The translations under genes and the position numbers were made by a program. From Mangrovibacterium sp. (lineage in GTDB: Bacteria; Bacteroidota; Bacteroidia; Bacteroidales; Prolixibacteraceae), in contig NZ_JBFHIT010000009.1 in the NCBI RefSeq assembly GCF_041596335.1, positions 29,458-93,457 of the forward strand: a DNA stretch of 64,000 nucleotides. Direction: 5' to 3'. Of this stretch, positions 30,115-40,400 are shown piece by piece. The notes below the pieces were generated by a model that was not told the origin of the DNA, did no database searches, and saw only the letters and a list, made by a program, of their open reading frames with translations. Each line of letters starts with the position of its first letter. The first letter of the stretch is position 1.

Positions 30115-32304
30115 ATGGATAAAAGAATAGAAAAAGCTTGGGGCGCTTTACTCGAAGCATGTCGCGTAAACTTAAACCACAAGGAGTTAGAGCAAGTTAC
30201 GCGGGCATTTGAATACGCATACGATATTTTGGGTGAACGTACGTGGTCATCAGGCGAAGTAATTATTGTTCACTCGCTGGAAGTCGCGCAGGTGGTGGCG
30301 GAAGAAATCGGGCTTGGCGTCGATTCAGTAACTGCGGGTTTACTGCATAATGTTCCATATGAAGATGTTCCCCGACGTCCGGGAATAAAAGAGATTGAGA
30401 CCCGTTTCGGGCCGTTTGTTGGCGGAATCCTGGAAGGGATGGCAAAAATTAATGCCTTGGGAACAGACACTGTTGATTTGCACTCGGAGAATTACCGAAA
30501 ACTAATGCTGGCTCTGGCTGGCGATGTTCGGGTAATTCTGGTCAAAATCGCGGATCGCTTGCACGTTATGAGACATCTGGACAACTATCCTGCGGATGTG
30601 CAATCCAAAATTTCAGTTGAAACGTCCCACCTGTATGCGCCACTGGCTCACCGGTTAGGGTTGTATTACGTCAACTCTGAGCTGCTGGATTTATGCTTGA
30701 AATACATTACTCCGGAGGCTTATTATCACGTTTCAGAACGCTTGCAGGAGTCGGAACTTGAACGAAAGAATTTTGTTGCTGAATTTGTCAAACCGATTGA
30801 AGAAAAGCTGAAAGCAAAAGGCTTCAAGTTTGAAATGAAAGCACGTACTAAAGCCATTAATTCCATCTGGAATAAAATGAGCAAACAGGCTGTGGCTTTT
30901 GATGAAGTCTTTGACATATTTGCAATTCGGGTGATTCTCGATTCAAATAAGGAAACAGAGAAATCGGATTGTTGGCAGGTCTATTCAATTGTAACGGAAG
31001 AGTATCAGGCTAATCCTGAGCGAATGCGCGATTGGATTACTGTTCCCAAGTCAAATGGGTACGAAAGTTTACACGCCACCGTGTTGGGACCGCATAAAAA
31101 GTGGGTTGAAATTCAGATTCGAACTCGCCGAATGGATGAGATTGCAGAGAAAGGGTTAGCCGCGCACTGGAAATATAAAGGTGGATCTGCTTCCATGGAA
31201 ATGGAGAAATGGTTGGCTAGTGTTCGTGAAATTCTCGAAAATCCGGAGTTAAACGTTGTGGATTTTATCGACGAATTCAATACCAATATTTATAATGAAG
31301 AAATTTTTGTTTTTACGCCCAAAGGCGATTTGAGAAGGCTTCCGGCAGGAGCGACTTTGCTTGACTTTGCCTACGAAATTCATTCGGTTGTTGGAGATCA
31401 CTGTGTTGGTGGTATGGTCGATGGCAAAAAAGTTACGCTTAAGTACAAACTGAAGAATGGCGAACAAATTTCAATTGACACTTCGAATAATCAAAAACCA
31501 AAATTAGATTGGTTAGATATTGCCATTACTAGTAAGGCTAAGAACCGGATTAAATCCAGTTTGAACGAAGAGCGTAAACGCGAGGCCGAAAACGGCAAGG
31601 AAATTTTAACGCGAAAGTTGAAAAACTGGAAAATCGATTACAACGATGAACTCATTCGCATCTTGCTAAAACACTACCAGTTAAAGCTAGCCCAGGATTT
31701 TTATTATAATATCTCGACCGGAAAAATTGATACGCTCGATATCAAAGAAGTAATAACAGCTAAGGATGAGGCCGATCACTCGGTCAAGCATAAGTTGGAA
31801 GATTCTTTGCCAAACGAGCAGGTCAAGGAATTGGAATTTACCGGAGGCGACGATTATCTGATTATCGACAATAATCTTAAAAACGTCAACCATAAACTGG
31901 CACAGTGTTGTAATCCTATTTTTGGTGACGACATTTTCGGTTTTGTTACAATTAGTGAGGGCATCAAAATTCATCGGCGTACTTGCCCAAATGCCCGTCA
32001 GATGTTCGAGCGGTATCCGTATCGAATTATACCGGCAAAATGGCGGGAGTCTGATAAACGATCATCATTTCAGGCAACAATCCGGTTGTCGGGAACGGAC
32101 GACGTTGGAATCGTGGCGCAAATTTCGCATGTTATCTCGAAAGATATTGGCGTCTCGATGCGTTCAATCAATATTGATTCCCTGAATGGCGAATTTGAAG
32201 GAACTTTGCGCGTGTATGTGAACAACCTCGATCACTTGGACTTCCTGATGCGTAAACTTCAACATATCAAAGGAATTCAGCACGTTTCGCGCGCCGATAC
32301 CTAA
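30115..32304 (+). CDS. RelA/SpoT (p)ppGpp synthetase/hydrolase
   Basis: LLHNV (HD-like), KIADRLHVMR, DIFAIRVI, PKSNGYESLH, EIQIRT, TGS (VFTPKGD) and ACT domains; start uncertain (30085 or 30115). Confidence 0.92.
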   Translation: MDKRIEKAWGALLEACRVNLNHKELEQVTRAFEYAYDILGERTWSSGEVIIVHSLEVAQVVAEEIGLGVDSVTAGLLHNVPYEDVPRRPGIKEIETRFGPFVGGILEGMAKINALGTDTVDLHSENYRKLMLALAGDVRVILVKIADRLHVMRHLDNYPADVQSKISVETSHLYAPLAHRLGLYYVNSELLDLCLKYITPEAYYHVSERLQESELERKNFVAEFVKPIEEKLKAKGFKFEMKARTKAINSIWNKMSKQAVAFDEVFDIFAIRVILDSNKETEKSDCWQVYSIVTEEYQANPERMRDWITVPKSNGYESLHATVLGPHKKWVEIQIRTRRMDEIAEKGLAAHWKYKGGSASMEMEKWLASVREILENPELNVVDFIDEFNTNIYNEEIFVFTPKGDLRRLPAGATLLDFAYEIHSVVGDHCVGGMVDGKKVTLKYKLKNGEQISIDTSNNQKPKLDWLDIAITSKAKNRIKSSLNEERKREAENGKEILTRKLKNWKIDYNDELIRILLKHYQLKLAQDFYYNISTGKIDTLDIKEVITAKDEADHSVKHKLEDSLPNEQVKELEFTGGDDYLIIDNNLKNVNHKLAQCCNPIFGDDIFGFVTISEGIKIHRRTCPNARQMFERYPYRIIPAKWRESDKRSSFQATIRLSGTDDVGIVAQISHVISKDIGVSMRSINIDSLNGEFEGTLRVYVNNLDHLDFLMRKLQHIKGIQHVSRADT

Positions 32305-32367
32305 AAGTTTAAACCGCTATTTTAACAATTGTTCCGGGGAGGGCAGTTGTTAAAAGGTGTTAATGTG

Positions 32368-32412
32368 TATCGTGCACGATATAATATTTGTGTGTTTGTA
32401 TCGCGAACGATA
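32368..32412 (+). promoter_or_regulatory. Two tandem palindromic operators (probable OhrR/MarR boxes) upstream of ohr
   Basis: TATCGTGCACGATA (32368-32381, perfect palindrome) and TATCGCGAACGATA (32399-32412). Confidence 0.7.
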
Positions 32413-32427
32413 TAAAATAATGAAGAT

Positions 32428-32859
32428 ATGTATTCAACAAAAGTAAAAGCAACAGGCGGCCGTAATGGCGAGGTTAAAAGTGAAGATGGTGTGCTCGACC
32501 TGACGATCAGGATACCGAAAGAAATGGGAGGGCCGGGAGGATCGCACACGAATCCGGAACAGTTATTTGCCGCGGGCTACGCTGCATGTTTCGACAGTGC
32601 GCTTCAGTTAATGATTTTGAAAGAAGGATTGAAACGAAAAGAATCGTCGGTCGTAGCAACGGTAGACCTCAATCGGAACGGACAAGATTTTGATTTAAGT
32701 GTGAAATTATCGGTTGAGATTAAAGATGTTGATTTTGAAACAGCCAGAATGTTGGTCGCCAAGGCTCATGCTACCTGTCCATACTCGAAGGCAACAAAAG
32801 GAAATATCCCGGTTGAAATAACCGTAGTAGAAAATTCGATGACAGAAATAGGATCATAA
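32428..32859 (+). CDS. ohr: Organic hydroperoxide resistance protein
   Basis: GGRNG, TNPEQLFAAGYAACF, AHATCPYSKAT. Confidence 0.93.
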   Translation: MYSTKVKATGGRNGEVKSEDGVLDLTIRIPKEMGGPGGSHTNPEQLFAAGYAACFDSALQLMILKEGLKRKESSVVATVDLNRNGQDFDLSVKLSVEIKDVDFETARMLVAKAHATCPYSKATKGNIPVEITVVENSMTEIGS

Positions 32860-32883
32860 ACGGCACTTAAAAACAGGATTTGT

Positions 32884-33360
32884 ATGGAAACAATTTATGA
32901 GTTTAGCGCAAAATCTCTTCAAGGTAAGGAGGTTGATTTTAGCGAATTTAAAGGGAAAGTGGTCGTGGTGGTAAACACCGCCAGCAAGTGCGGCTTTACG
33001 CCACAATATGCTTCCTTGGAACAGTTATATCAGAAATACAAAGAGCAGGGATTGGTGATTTTGGGATTTCCATGCAATCAGTTTGGTAATCAGGAGCCTG
33101 GTTCGTCAAAAGATATTGAAAAGGGTTGTGCCATAAATTATGGCGTTTCTTTCCGGATGTTCGAGAAAATTGATGTGAATGGTAAAAATCAGCATCCGCT
33201 GTATCGCTTTCTAAAAGATAAACAATCCGGCCTGTTGGGCAGTAGAATCAAGTGGAATTTTACCAAGTTTCTGATCGATCGGAACGGCATTCCGGTAAAG
33301 CGATTCGCGCCGATTACTAATCCCTCTAAAATGGAACAGGATATTCTGGAATTGCTTTAA
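32884..33360 (+). CDS. Glutathione peroxidase
   Basis: [35 protein letters not shown]. Confidence 0.93.
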   Translation: METIYEFSAKSLQGKEVDFSEFKGKVVVVVNTASKCGFTPQYASLEQLYQKYKEQGLVILGFPCNQFGNQEPGSSKDIEKGCAINYGVSFRMFEKIDVNGKNQHPLYRFLKDKQSGLLGSRIKWNFTKFLIDRNGIPVKRFAPITNPSKMEQDILELL

Positions 33361-33413
33361 AAAAGAATTAATATTGCAGGTAGTACAACTAACTACCTGC
33401 TAATTTTCGTTTC

Positions 33414-33836
33414 ATGGAACAACTAAAGCTCGACAATCAATTGTGTTTCCCGTTTTATTCACTTTCGCGACTGATTGTTCGCAAATATCAGCCGTATTTG
33501 GACGAATTGGAAATTACTTACCCGCAATATCTTGTGTTGTTGGTTCTGTGGGAGTCTGATGCAATGCCGGTGAACGATATTGCCAAAAGATTGATTTTAC
33601 AAACGAACACGGTTACACCTTTGTTGAAACGAATGGAATCGCAGGGCATTGTTGTTCGTGACAAATCGGAAGACGACGAGCGAAAAGTAATCGTTAAACT
33701 CACCGAAAAAGGGAAAAAAATGGAGCTTGTAGCAGCCGAAATTCCAGCGAAAATGGCTGGTGGGATGAACATGAGCGCCGATGAGCTAAAAAATCTGCAC
33801 AGCACCCTTTACCGTTTAATCGATCAGTTGAAATAG
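33414..33836 (+). CDS. ohrR: MarR-family regulator, OhrR-like
   Basis: LKLDNQLCFPFY with redox Cys, ITYPQYLVL, DERKV. Confidence 0.85.
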   Translation: MEQLKLDNQLCFPFYSLSRLIVRKYQPYLDELEITYPQYLVLLVLWESDAMPVNDIAKRLILQTNTVTPLLKRMESQGIVVRDKSEDDERKVIVKLTEKGKKMELVAAEIPAKMAGGMNMSADELKNLHSTLYRLIDQLK

Positions 33837-33914
33837 TCGCAGTGATTTGTATTCACCACCTCATTTTTTAATCGAGTACCGCTATTTTGCCATTTTCGTT
33901 TGCCTTTTAGTGTG

Positions 33915-34511
33915 CTACTCCCGAAACCATTCCGTTTTATCTTCTGCCGGGATTCGCATTCGTGGCGGGCGTTTGAAATTCTCATCTGCTTCACCCAAAA
34001 TGAAAAAACCAACTGGTTCGTCTTCGGGCTCCAATCCCAGAAAAATACGTGTTTGCATGGAGTAACAGATCGCACCGGTGCTCAGGTAACCGGCAATTCC
34101 GTAAGCTTCCAGGCTCAGGTAAATATTTTCGACAGCACAAGCGACCGATGCTAAATCTTCTTGCTTTGGAAAGCGTTTATACGGATCGCGTTTGGCGATT
34201 ACCGCGATTATGTGCGAAACCCGCTTGTGTTTTTCAGAATAAGCGTCATATTTAAGATCAGCGAACTTCTCAGCCGGCGTTATTTCCTTATAAACACGTT
34301 GCTGAAACGCAAAAAAACGTTTTACGGCATCGCTGGCAAAAACCTTAAAATGCCAGGCTTGAACCAACCCATGCGATGGTGCCCAACTGGCATTTACAAG
34401 CAATTTTTCGATCACAGAATCATCAATCAAACTTCCTTCTTTCAGTCCATTTACAAAGGTCGATTTTCTGTTTCTAATCCACTTCTCAATATTTTCCGCC
34501 GTTGTCTCCAT
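33915..34511 (-). CDS. Nitroreductase family protein
   Basis: IRNRKS, ASWAPSH, AVENIYL. Confidence 0.82.
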   Translation of the reverse strand: METTAENIEKWIRNRKSTFVNGLKEGSLIDDSVIEKLLVNASWAPSHGLVQAWHFKVFASDAVKRFFAFQQRVYKEITPAEKFADLKYDAYSEKHKRVSHIIAVIAKRDPYKRFPKQEDLASVACAVENIYLSLEAYGIAGYLSTGAICYSMQTRIFLGLEPEDEPVGFFILGEADENFKRPPRMRIPAEDKTEWFRE

Positions 34512-34617
34512 TGTTTTATAGTTTTGAATTTAGAGGAAGGAACAAAGTATAAAGCGATTAGTTTGTATCTTCGTCAATAGTTTTTTTTGAACCAGAAAAA
34601 TACAACCACGTTTTCCA

Positions 34618-34905
34618 ATGACAGAGATGAAACCGCAGATTGATAAGATTCGAGATCTGATAACAGAAAACCAATTGGCAGAAGCTACCTGTATTATTCA
34701 GGATGGTCTGGCGACGAGGGCAGACGATGCTGATCTTCATTTTTTGCTGGGGCAAATTAATGTAAAGCAGGAAAAATGGGGAAGTGCGATCAACCAGTTC
34801 AATCGGGTTCTGGAGATTGATCCGGATTATCCGGCAGCTCAATCCCGTATCGAGATGGCCCGGTCAATTCTTGGTTATTTCAATCCAGATCTGCTAAATC
34901 CATGA
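34618..34905 (+). CDS. Small TPR protein
   Basis: HFLLGQI...WGSAINQFNRVLEIDPD. Confidence 0.75.
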   Translation: MTEMKPQIDKIRDLITENQLAEATCIIQDGLATRADDADLHFLLGQINVKQEKWGSAINQFNRVLEIDPDYPAAQSRIEMARSILGYFNPDLLNP

Positions 34906-35985
34906 TTATTTCAAAACAAACCGGTAGGTGATTGTTCCGGTTTGGAATGCTGGCGCATTGGGATCGGCGTTAAACGTTGCTTTAAGTGCTGCTTGTCGGG
35001 CAGCTTCCAGCATCTTGGCATTGTAGGTATTCGTACCTTGTACTCCGGGCTTTGCATTACTAACCTTACCGTATTTATCAACCGTGATACTCACGACAAC
35101 AACACCTTCTTCATTTCCGGGATAAGTAGGTTTGGGCAAGCCTGTTGCATTTCGTCCTTCAAGGCTGAAAGATGGGCCCGTGCCAGAGGCTCCGTTGCCT
35201 GTTCCGCCATTTCCGTTATTGGTTGAGTTGCCGCCTGTCGGACTTCCCTGGTTGCCTCCCGGATAGCTGGTGCCCTGTCCGGTGCTTTTTGAGCTGCTAC
35301 TTCCGGCTCCCGAGCCTGAACCAAAGGCATTGGCCGCGCGGTTATTAATTTGAGCTAACTTTTGTGCTTCGGCTTCCTTGCGTAAACGCTCTTCCTCTGC
35401 AGCCTTGCGCTGGCGTTCCAGTTCTGCTTGCTTTTGACGTTCAATTTCGGCCAAGCGCTGTTTCTCCGCTTCTATTTGTTTTTGCTTTTCCAATTCAGCC
35501 TGCCGCTTTTTTTCGGCTTCAGCAGCCAGCTTTTGTTGTTGAACAGCCTCCGCTTTCTTTTTCTGGTCGGCGATCTGTTGCTGACGGTTCAGCTCTTCCT
35601 GCTGCTTTTTTGCTTCTTCTGCTTTTTTCTTCTTTGCGGCTTCCAAAGCTACAGTCTTTTCATAATCCTGCGTCATCAATTCCTCTTTCGCCTGGGTTGA
35701 AGGAACTGAGGCTGCTGCCGATGCTGGAGGGGGCGGCGGTGTACTGGCCTGCACTACCGGAGCTTTTTCTTCCTTAACCACAACAGGAGGACTTTGCTTT
35801 TGAGCCGGGGCTGGTTCTTCTTCTCCCGCACCTTGCTCGCTATCGCCGAAATTCACCAGAATTCCTTCCTCGCCGGGCAAGGGGAGCGGTGTGAAAAAAC
35901 CAAAAAGCAGCAGCAATATCAGAATGATGACATGCACGACAATGGTTCCCCAAAATCCTTCTTTATGTTTTTGAATGTAGCTCAT
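34906..35985 (-). CDS. TonB/TolA-family energy transducer
   Basis: N-terminal TM, Pro-rich and K/A/E/Q coiled segment, C-terminal TonB_C (GVVVVSITVDKYGKV). Confidence 0.85.
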   Translation of the reverse strand: MSYIQKHKEGFWGTIVVHVIILILLLLFGFFTPLPLPGEEGILVNFGDSEQGAGEEEPAPAQKQSPPVVVKEEKAPVVQASTPPPPPASAAASVPSTQAKEELMTQDYEKTVALEAAKKKKAEEAKKQQEELNRQQQIADQKKKAEAVQQQKLAAEAEKKRQAELEKQKQIEAEKQRLAEIERQKQAELERQRKAAEEERLRKEAEAQKLAQINNRAANAFGSGSGAGSSSSKSTGQGTSYPGGNQGSPTGGNSTNNGNGGTGNGASGTGPSFSLEGRNATGLPKPTYPGNEEGVVVVSITVDKYGKVSNAKPGVQGTNTYNAKMLEAARQAALKATFNADPNAPAFQTGTITYRFVLK

Positions 35986-36392
35986 TAATGTTCCGGTGCG
36001 GTAGCTAATATCAGTTTGTATTTGTTACGTTTGGCGATATTCATAATTTTTACAACTTGCTCAACCGGAACCGATTTGTCGGCGTGCAGCGAAACATAGG
36101 CATCCGGATTATCACCAATACTACGTTGCAGGGCAGGCTCAATTTCATAGAACTTTACTTTGCGGCTATTACCATCGGTGTTAACCGAATATGTTAGGTC
36201 GGCTGTAATTGAGACAGTTGTAATTGGTTTTGCAGCCGTTTGGTTATTGCTTTCAGGTAACATTAACTTTAGCGCGTTTGGCGCAATTAAAGTTGACGTG
36301 ACCATGAAAAAGATCAACAGCAAAAACACAATGTCGGTCATTGACGACATGCTGAAGCTGGCATCTACTTTATTTCTTCGTTTTAAAGCCAT
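35985..36392 (-). CDS. exbD: Biopolymer transporter ExbD
   Basis: SSMTDIVFLLLIFFM, LHADKSV. Confidence 0.9.
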   Translation of the reverse strand: MALKRRNKVDASFSMSSMTDIVFLLLIFFMVTSTLIAPNALKLMLPESNNQTAAKPITTVSITADLTYSVNTDGNSRKVKFYEIEPALQRSIGDNPDAYVSLHADKSVPVEQVVKIMNIAKRNKYKLILATAPEH

Positions 36393-36397
36393 GCTGG

Positions 36398-37102
36398 TTA
36401 TTTTGCAGGTTCATTTAATAAATCCAAAAAATCAGATGTGGCTGCTTCCATTTTAAAAATCACCTTTTCGACATTCGACACCAAAATATTGTAGGCGAAA
36501 TAGGCGATAATCCCCACCGTTAATCCGGCAACAGTAGTTACCATAGCTTGATAAATACCGGATGAAAGCAGTGTAACATCGATATTATTTCCGGCATTTG
36601 CCATATCATAGAAAGCCTGAATCATACCAATAACTGTACCAAGGAAACCAATCATAGGAGCTCCACCGGCTACACTGGCCAATACGGGCAGTCCTTTTTC
36701 CAATTTCGAAATTTCCAGGTTTCCGACCATTTCAATCGCTGAATTTACATCCGACATTGGGCGACCAATGCGTGTAATCCCTTTTTCAATCATTCGGGCA
36801 GTTGGAGTATCCTGAGAACGGGCCAAGGTTAGGGCTGCATCGATTTTTCCTTGAAGAATATAATCTTTTACCCGTTCGAGCATCGAGTTGTCAACCTTTC
36901 CGGCCTTTTTAACAGCTAAATAACGATCGATGAAGATGAAAACTGCAATGAGCGATAAAGCCAGGATCGGAATCATGATCCATCCGCCCTTCAAGGCCAG
37001 ATCGAAAAAGCGGGTTACAATACCATCTTGTTGCGCAGCTTGAGCGACCATGTCAGCACCCTCGGTGGATGTGCTCACCTGTAATAAAAAGAAGTTCAGC
37101 AT
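36398..37102 (-). CDS. exbB: MotA/TolQ/ExbB proton channel
   Basis: GGAPMIGFLGTVIGMI, GIYQAMVTTVAGL; start at MLNFF chosen. Confidence 0.9.
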   Translation of the reverse strand: MLNFFLLQVSTSTEGADMVAQAAQQDGIVTRFFDLALKGGWIMIPILALSLIAVFIFIDRYLAVKKAGKVDNSMLERVKDYILQGKIDAALTLARSQDTPTARMIEKGITRIGRPMSDVNSAIEMVGNLEISKLEKGLPVLASVAGGAPMIGFLGTVIGMIQAFYDMANAGNNIDVTLLSSGIYQAMVTTVAGLTVGIIAYFAYNILVSNVEKVIFKMEAATSDFLDLLNEPAK

Positions 37103-37477
37103 ATAGTTTTCTGTTTTTTTGTAGTCATGTAAATGTAAAACGAGGCACACTTCAGAAAAGTATGCTGCGCAAAAATAACAATATTTTCAAGCTGACCTTA
37201 CAGCATAAACTCAATATAATAGAAAGCGGCAGCTACTAAATAACCAACCAATTCCAATCCGGATGTTTTTATTTCCGATACCGGATGAAACCGATCTTAT
37301 AAAGAGCAATGGCGGTCAATTCGTCTGTTGATCCTGAAGCGACTAATACCACTCGCTTAACCTGGGAGTAATATCGTTTTCGTCGGTATACAGCTTCCTG
37401 TCGTTAACAATTATCGTTCCAGATAAAACATTGACTACTCAAAAAAAAACTACCGATTTCAAATCCCGAATAAAAAA

Positions 37478-40400
37478 CTAGTTTGCTCTTTTGCGCTTTC
37501 GAAACAAGTTTATAAACTTCTGCCATAGTTCACCGAAGGTATCATAGCTCTCGCGGTAGCTAATACCAATCCCTTGCTTATAGGGCGAGGTCTCATAGAT
37601 CAGACTGTTATTGGATTGATTGTATGCCTTGAATTGGAGTTTTCCATTATTCGTGAGTTTCACCGTGACATCAAAATCACCGACAAAATCGGCGCTATTA
37701 TTGTTTATAGTCGATCCTGTTTGGTTGACATTATTACTGATGTTTCCATTTATGGTCACGCGGTCGTTAAAAAATTGGGTGCTAAGAGCTAATTCAATTT
37801 CATCGTCCGAAATCTGATTCCCCGGACGGTAATTAACGCCAATGTCGAAATCGTTGCTGATTTGTGAAAGCCAGTTGCTCAATTGGTTTGAAAACAGCTC
37901 GCTGGCAGTGGTTCCAACTAAATTCGAATTTTGCGACTCGTAACTTCCGCGCAAATACTCAGGGGTGTAAAAACGTCCCATCACGAGAAGCGAAAGAATT
38001 TGCTTGTTCATGTCTTCCTCTGTACTCAGATATTGCAATACTTCGTCCTTGATCCGGTCTTCGGCCGTTGGAAACTCAATATCGAACCCAATGGTAGGGT
38101 TGCTAAGCTGATCCTTTAGCGCTATTTTACAGTTAACCGGAATGCGTTGTGAGTAGTTAACGTTTTCGGTTGAGTTGGCGAATAATTCACTTAACGATGC
38201 TTTCAGCCGATAGATGGCGTTGACATTGATTGTCGCATCATATGGATCACCGTTCCACTGAATTGTTCCCAGGCTTTCAATCTCAAATTTCTTATTAATT
38301 ACATTCTGTAGTGTAAACAGATAATCTCCTCGATCGATCGTGTATTCGCCAAACATTTCAATATTGTAGTTCGGATCGATTTTTAACTGAATGTTTCCGG
38401 TTCCCTGAGCCCGAATCATATCGCCGACCTGAGAATTGTATACGAGTTGAAAGCGTGCTTCAGGCGTTAGCTGAATATTGAAATTCATGAACACAACGGA
38501 CTGATCTGTCGAGGTCCTGATTCTCATGTTTTTGTCTTCCAGTTTGCTGTGATCGACAAATTTTATAAAATCATATTCCTGTGCTTCTTCTTCGTAATCT
38601 AAGGCGATGTTCAATGCGGTGTGATTCAATGTCCGGGCATTTCCATCGATAAAAATCTCTCGTCCGTGCCCGGTAATTTTAACCACTCCTGCAGCGTAAG
38701 CTTTCCCGTAAAAGCGCTCGTTGATAGCCGGAGTTGTATTAATAACCTGCAGGTTTTTCGAATTAACAGACAGGTTGTAGTCCATATTCGAGAAATTATC
38801 GTGCCTGATCGATCCGTTAAAAACACCTGAGTTACCTTCTGAATCGTTGATGGTAATATGGTCAAAGATGATTGAGTCGCCTCTGAATTTCACCTTGTTT
38901 GTAAATTTATAGCCTACTTGAAGATAGCTTAGAGCCAGACCGGCATTGTTTGCCATCACATCGCCATACATCATTATTTTGTCGTGTTTGCCGGTAATTT
39001 TCACTTCTCCTGTCGCTTCGCCACGAATATCCTGAAAACTACCTTCCAGAAATGGCTCCAGCAAGCTCAGCGAGAGTGCTTCAGTGTTGATCGTGAAGTC
39101 GAGGCTGTCCTGTGTTGGGAAATAGCTCCCGTATCCGTAAAGGTTCTGCTGTTGTTTGTTCGAAACGATTAGCTCAGATTGAATCGCGTTCGAGGGCGTG
39201 TCCCATTTACTTAGCACACTAACGTTGCCGACTTTCGTATCGTTGTACTTAAAGTCATTCAATTTTACATCAGAGAGGAACAAGGCCCGATTGTAAAGGT
39301 CAACCAAACTGATGGTTCCATCCAATATCCCAGTGAGTTTATTGTTTTCACCGGTAATCAGATTAAAATTATCAAGTTTGAAGTTATTGATTCGTACCGC
39401 GAGCTCATCGGTTTGTTCTTTCGAAATCACACCGTTTAGCGAGATAAACTGGTTGCGGTTCGAAATCATAAAATTATCCACTTCGACCCGGCTCGAATCT
39501 ATCGTCACATAAGACGGATTGATCTGCCATAAGGTATCCGCGACATAAATCTTGCTGGGCTCGATTTTAAGATCAACGTGTGCTCTATTATTCTCGCGCA
39601 TGGTGAATTTCATAAATCCCTCAAGCTCACCGCTGTATGTCAAAACATCGTAGTTGTTCCAAAGCAGCTTGGTGCTCATTTCATCGTCCTTGGCCGAGGC
39701 AAGTACCGCGATGTTGTAGAGGTGCTGATTTTCGCTGATTTCCAGCTCTTCAATACGGCTTTTAAATTCAAGTTTATCGGTTGAGTGGAGCGATAGCGAA
39801 TAGCCTTTTATGTAGAGTCCATTGAGTTGGATATCAGAGATTTCGGTGTAAAGATTAATTTGGTTTTTTGTTTCATCAATTACGCCGGTAATGTAACCCG
39901 GACTTAAGGTCAATCGCGGGTAAAATGTACGTAGAATCGGTGCGGTATCTTTAATTTCAGCATTCAAACTAAACCGGTTCAATCCGGGTGTTTTACTGAT
40001 TTTTGCACCGCTTGACGGCATGTAATGGGCGATAAGGTTTTCAATACTCCGGCTCAGGCTTATAAACTGGTAGCTACCCTCGATTTCAGCATCGAGGAAA
40101 TCAGAGTTTAGTTCAAGTTTGTTGTTTTCTCCCGAGGAAGTTGTTAAGGACAAACTATTCAACAGGATCGAATTGTTCTCGTTCGTATATTTCCCACCTT
40201 CGAATTGAACAATTCCTTTTAAATCGTCGATTGTGCTTCCGGTAAAATTTGCGTTAATGTGCATCGATAATTCCGATTTTTGGTGCACTTTGTCAATTTT
40301 CAGAGCAACAAGGTCGGCTTTATGCAACAGCAATTTAAAATCGAATAACGATGAATCCGGGTTCACATTCACTTTCCCATTGAACGTGCACTTCAGGTTT

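Noticed and set aside
35330-35800. Repetitive sequence and long opposite-strand ORFs in the tonB/tolA gene
   Set aside because: Explained by the K/A/E/Q coiled-coil and Pro-rich linker of TolA/TonB proteins.
37151-37477. 330-bp gap between tamB and exbB as a hidden ncRNA or small gene
   Set aside because: No convincing ORF, hairpin series or known RNA motif seen by eye.
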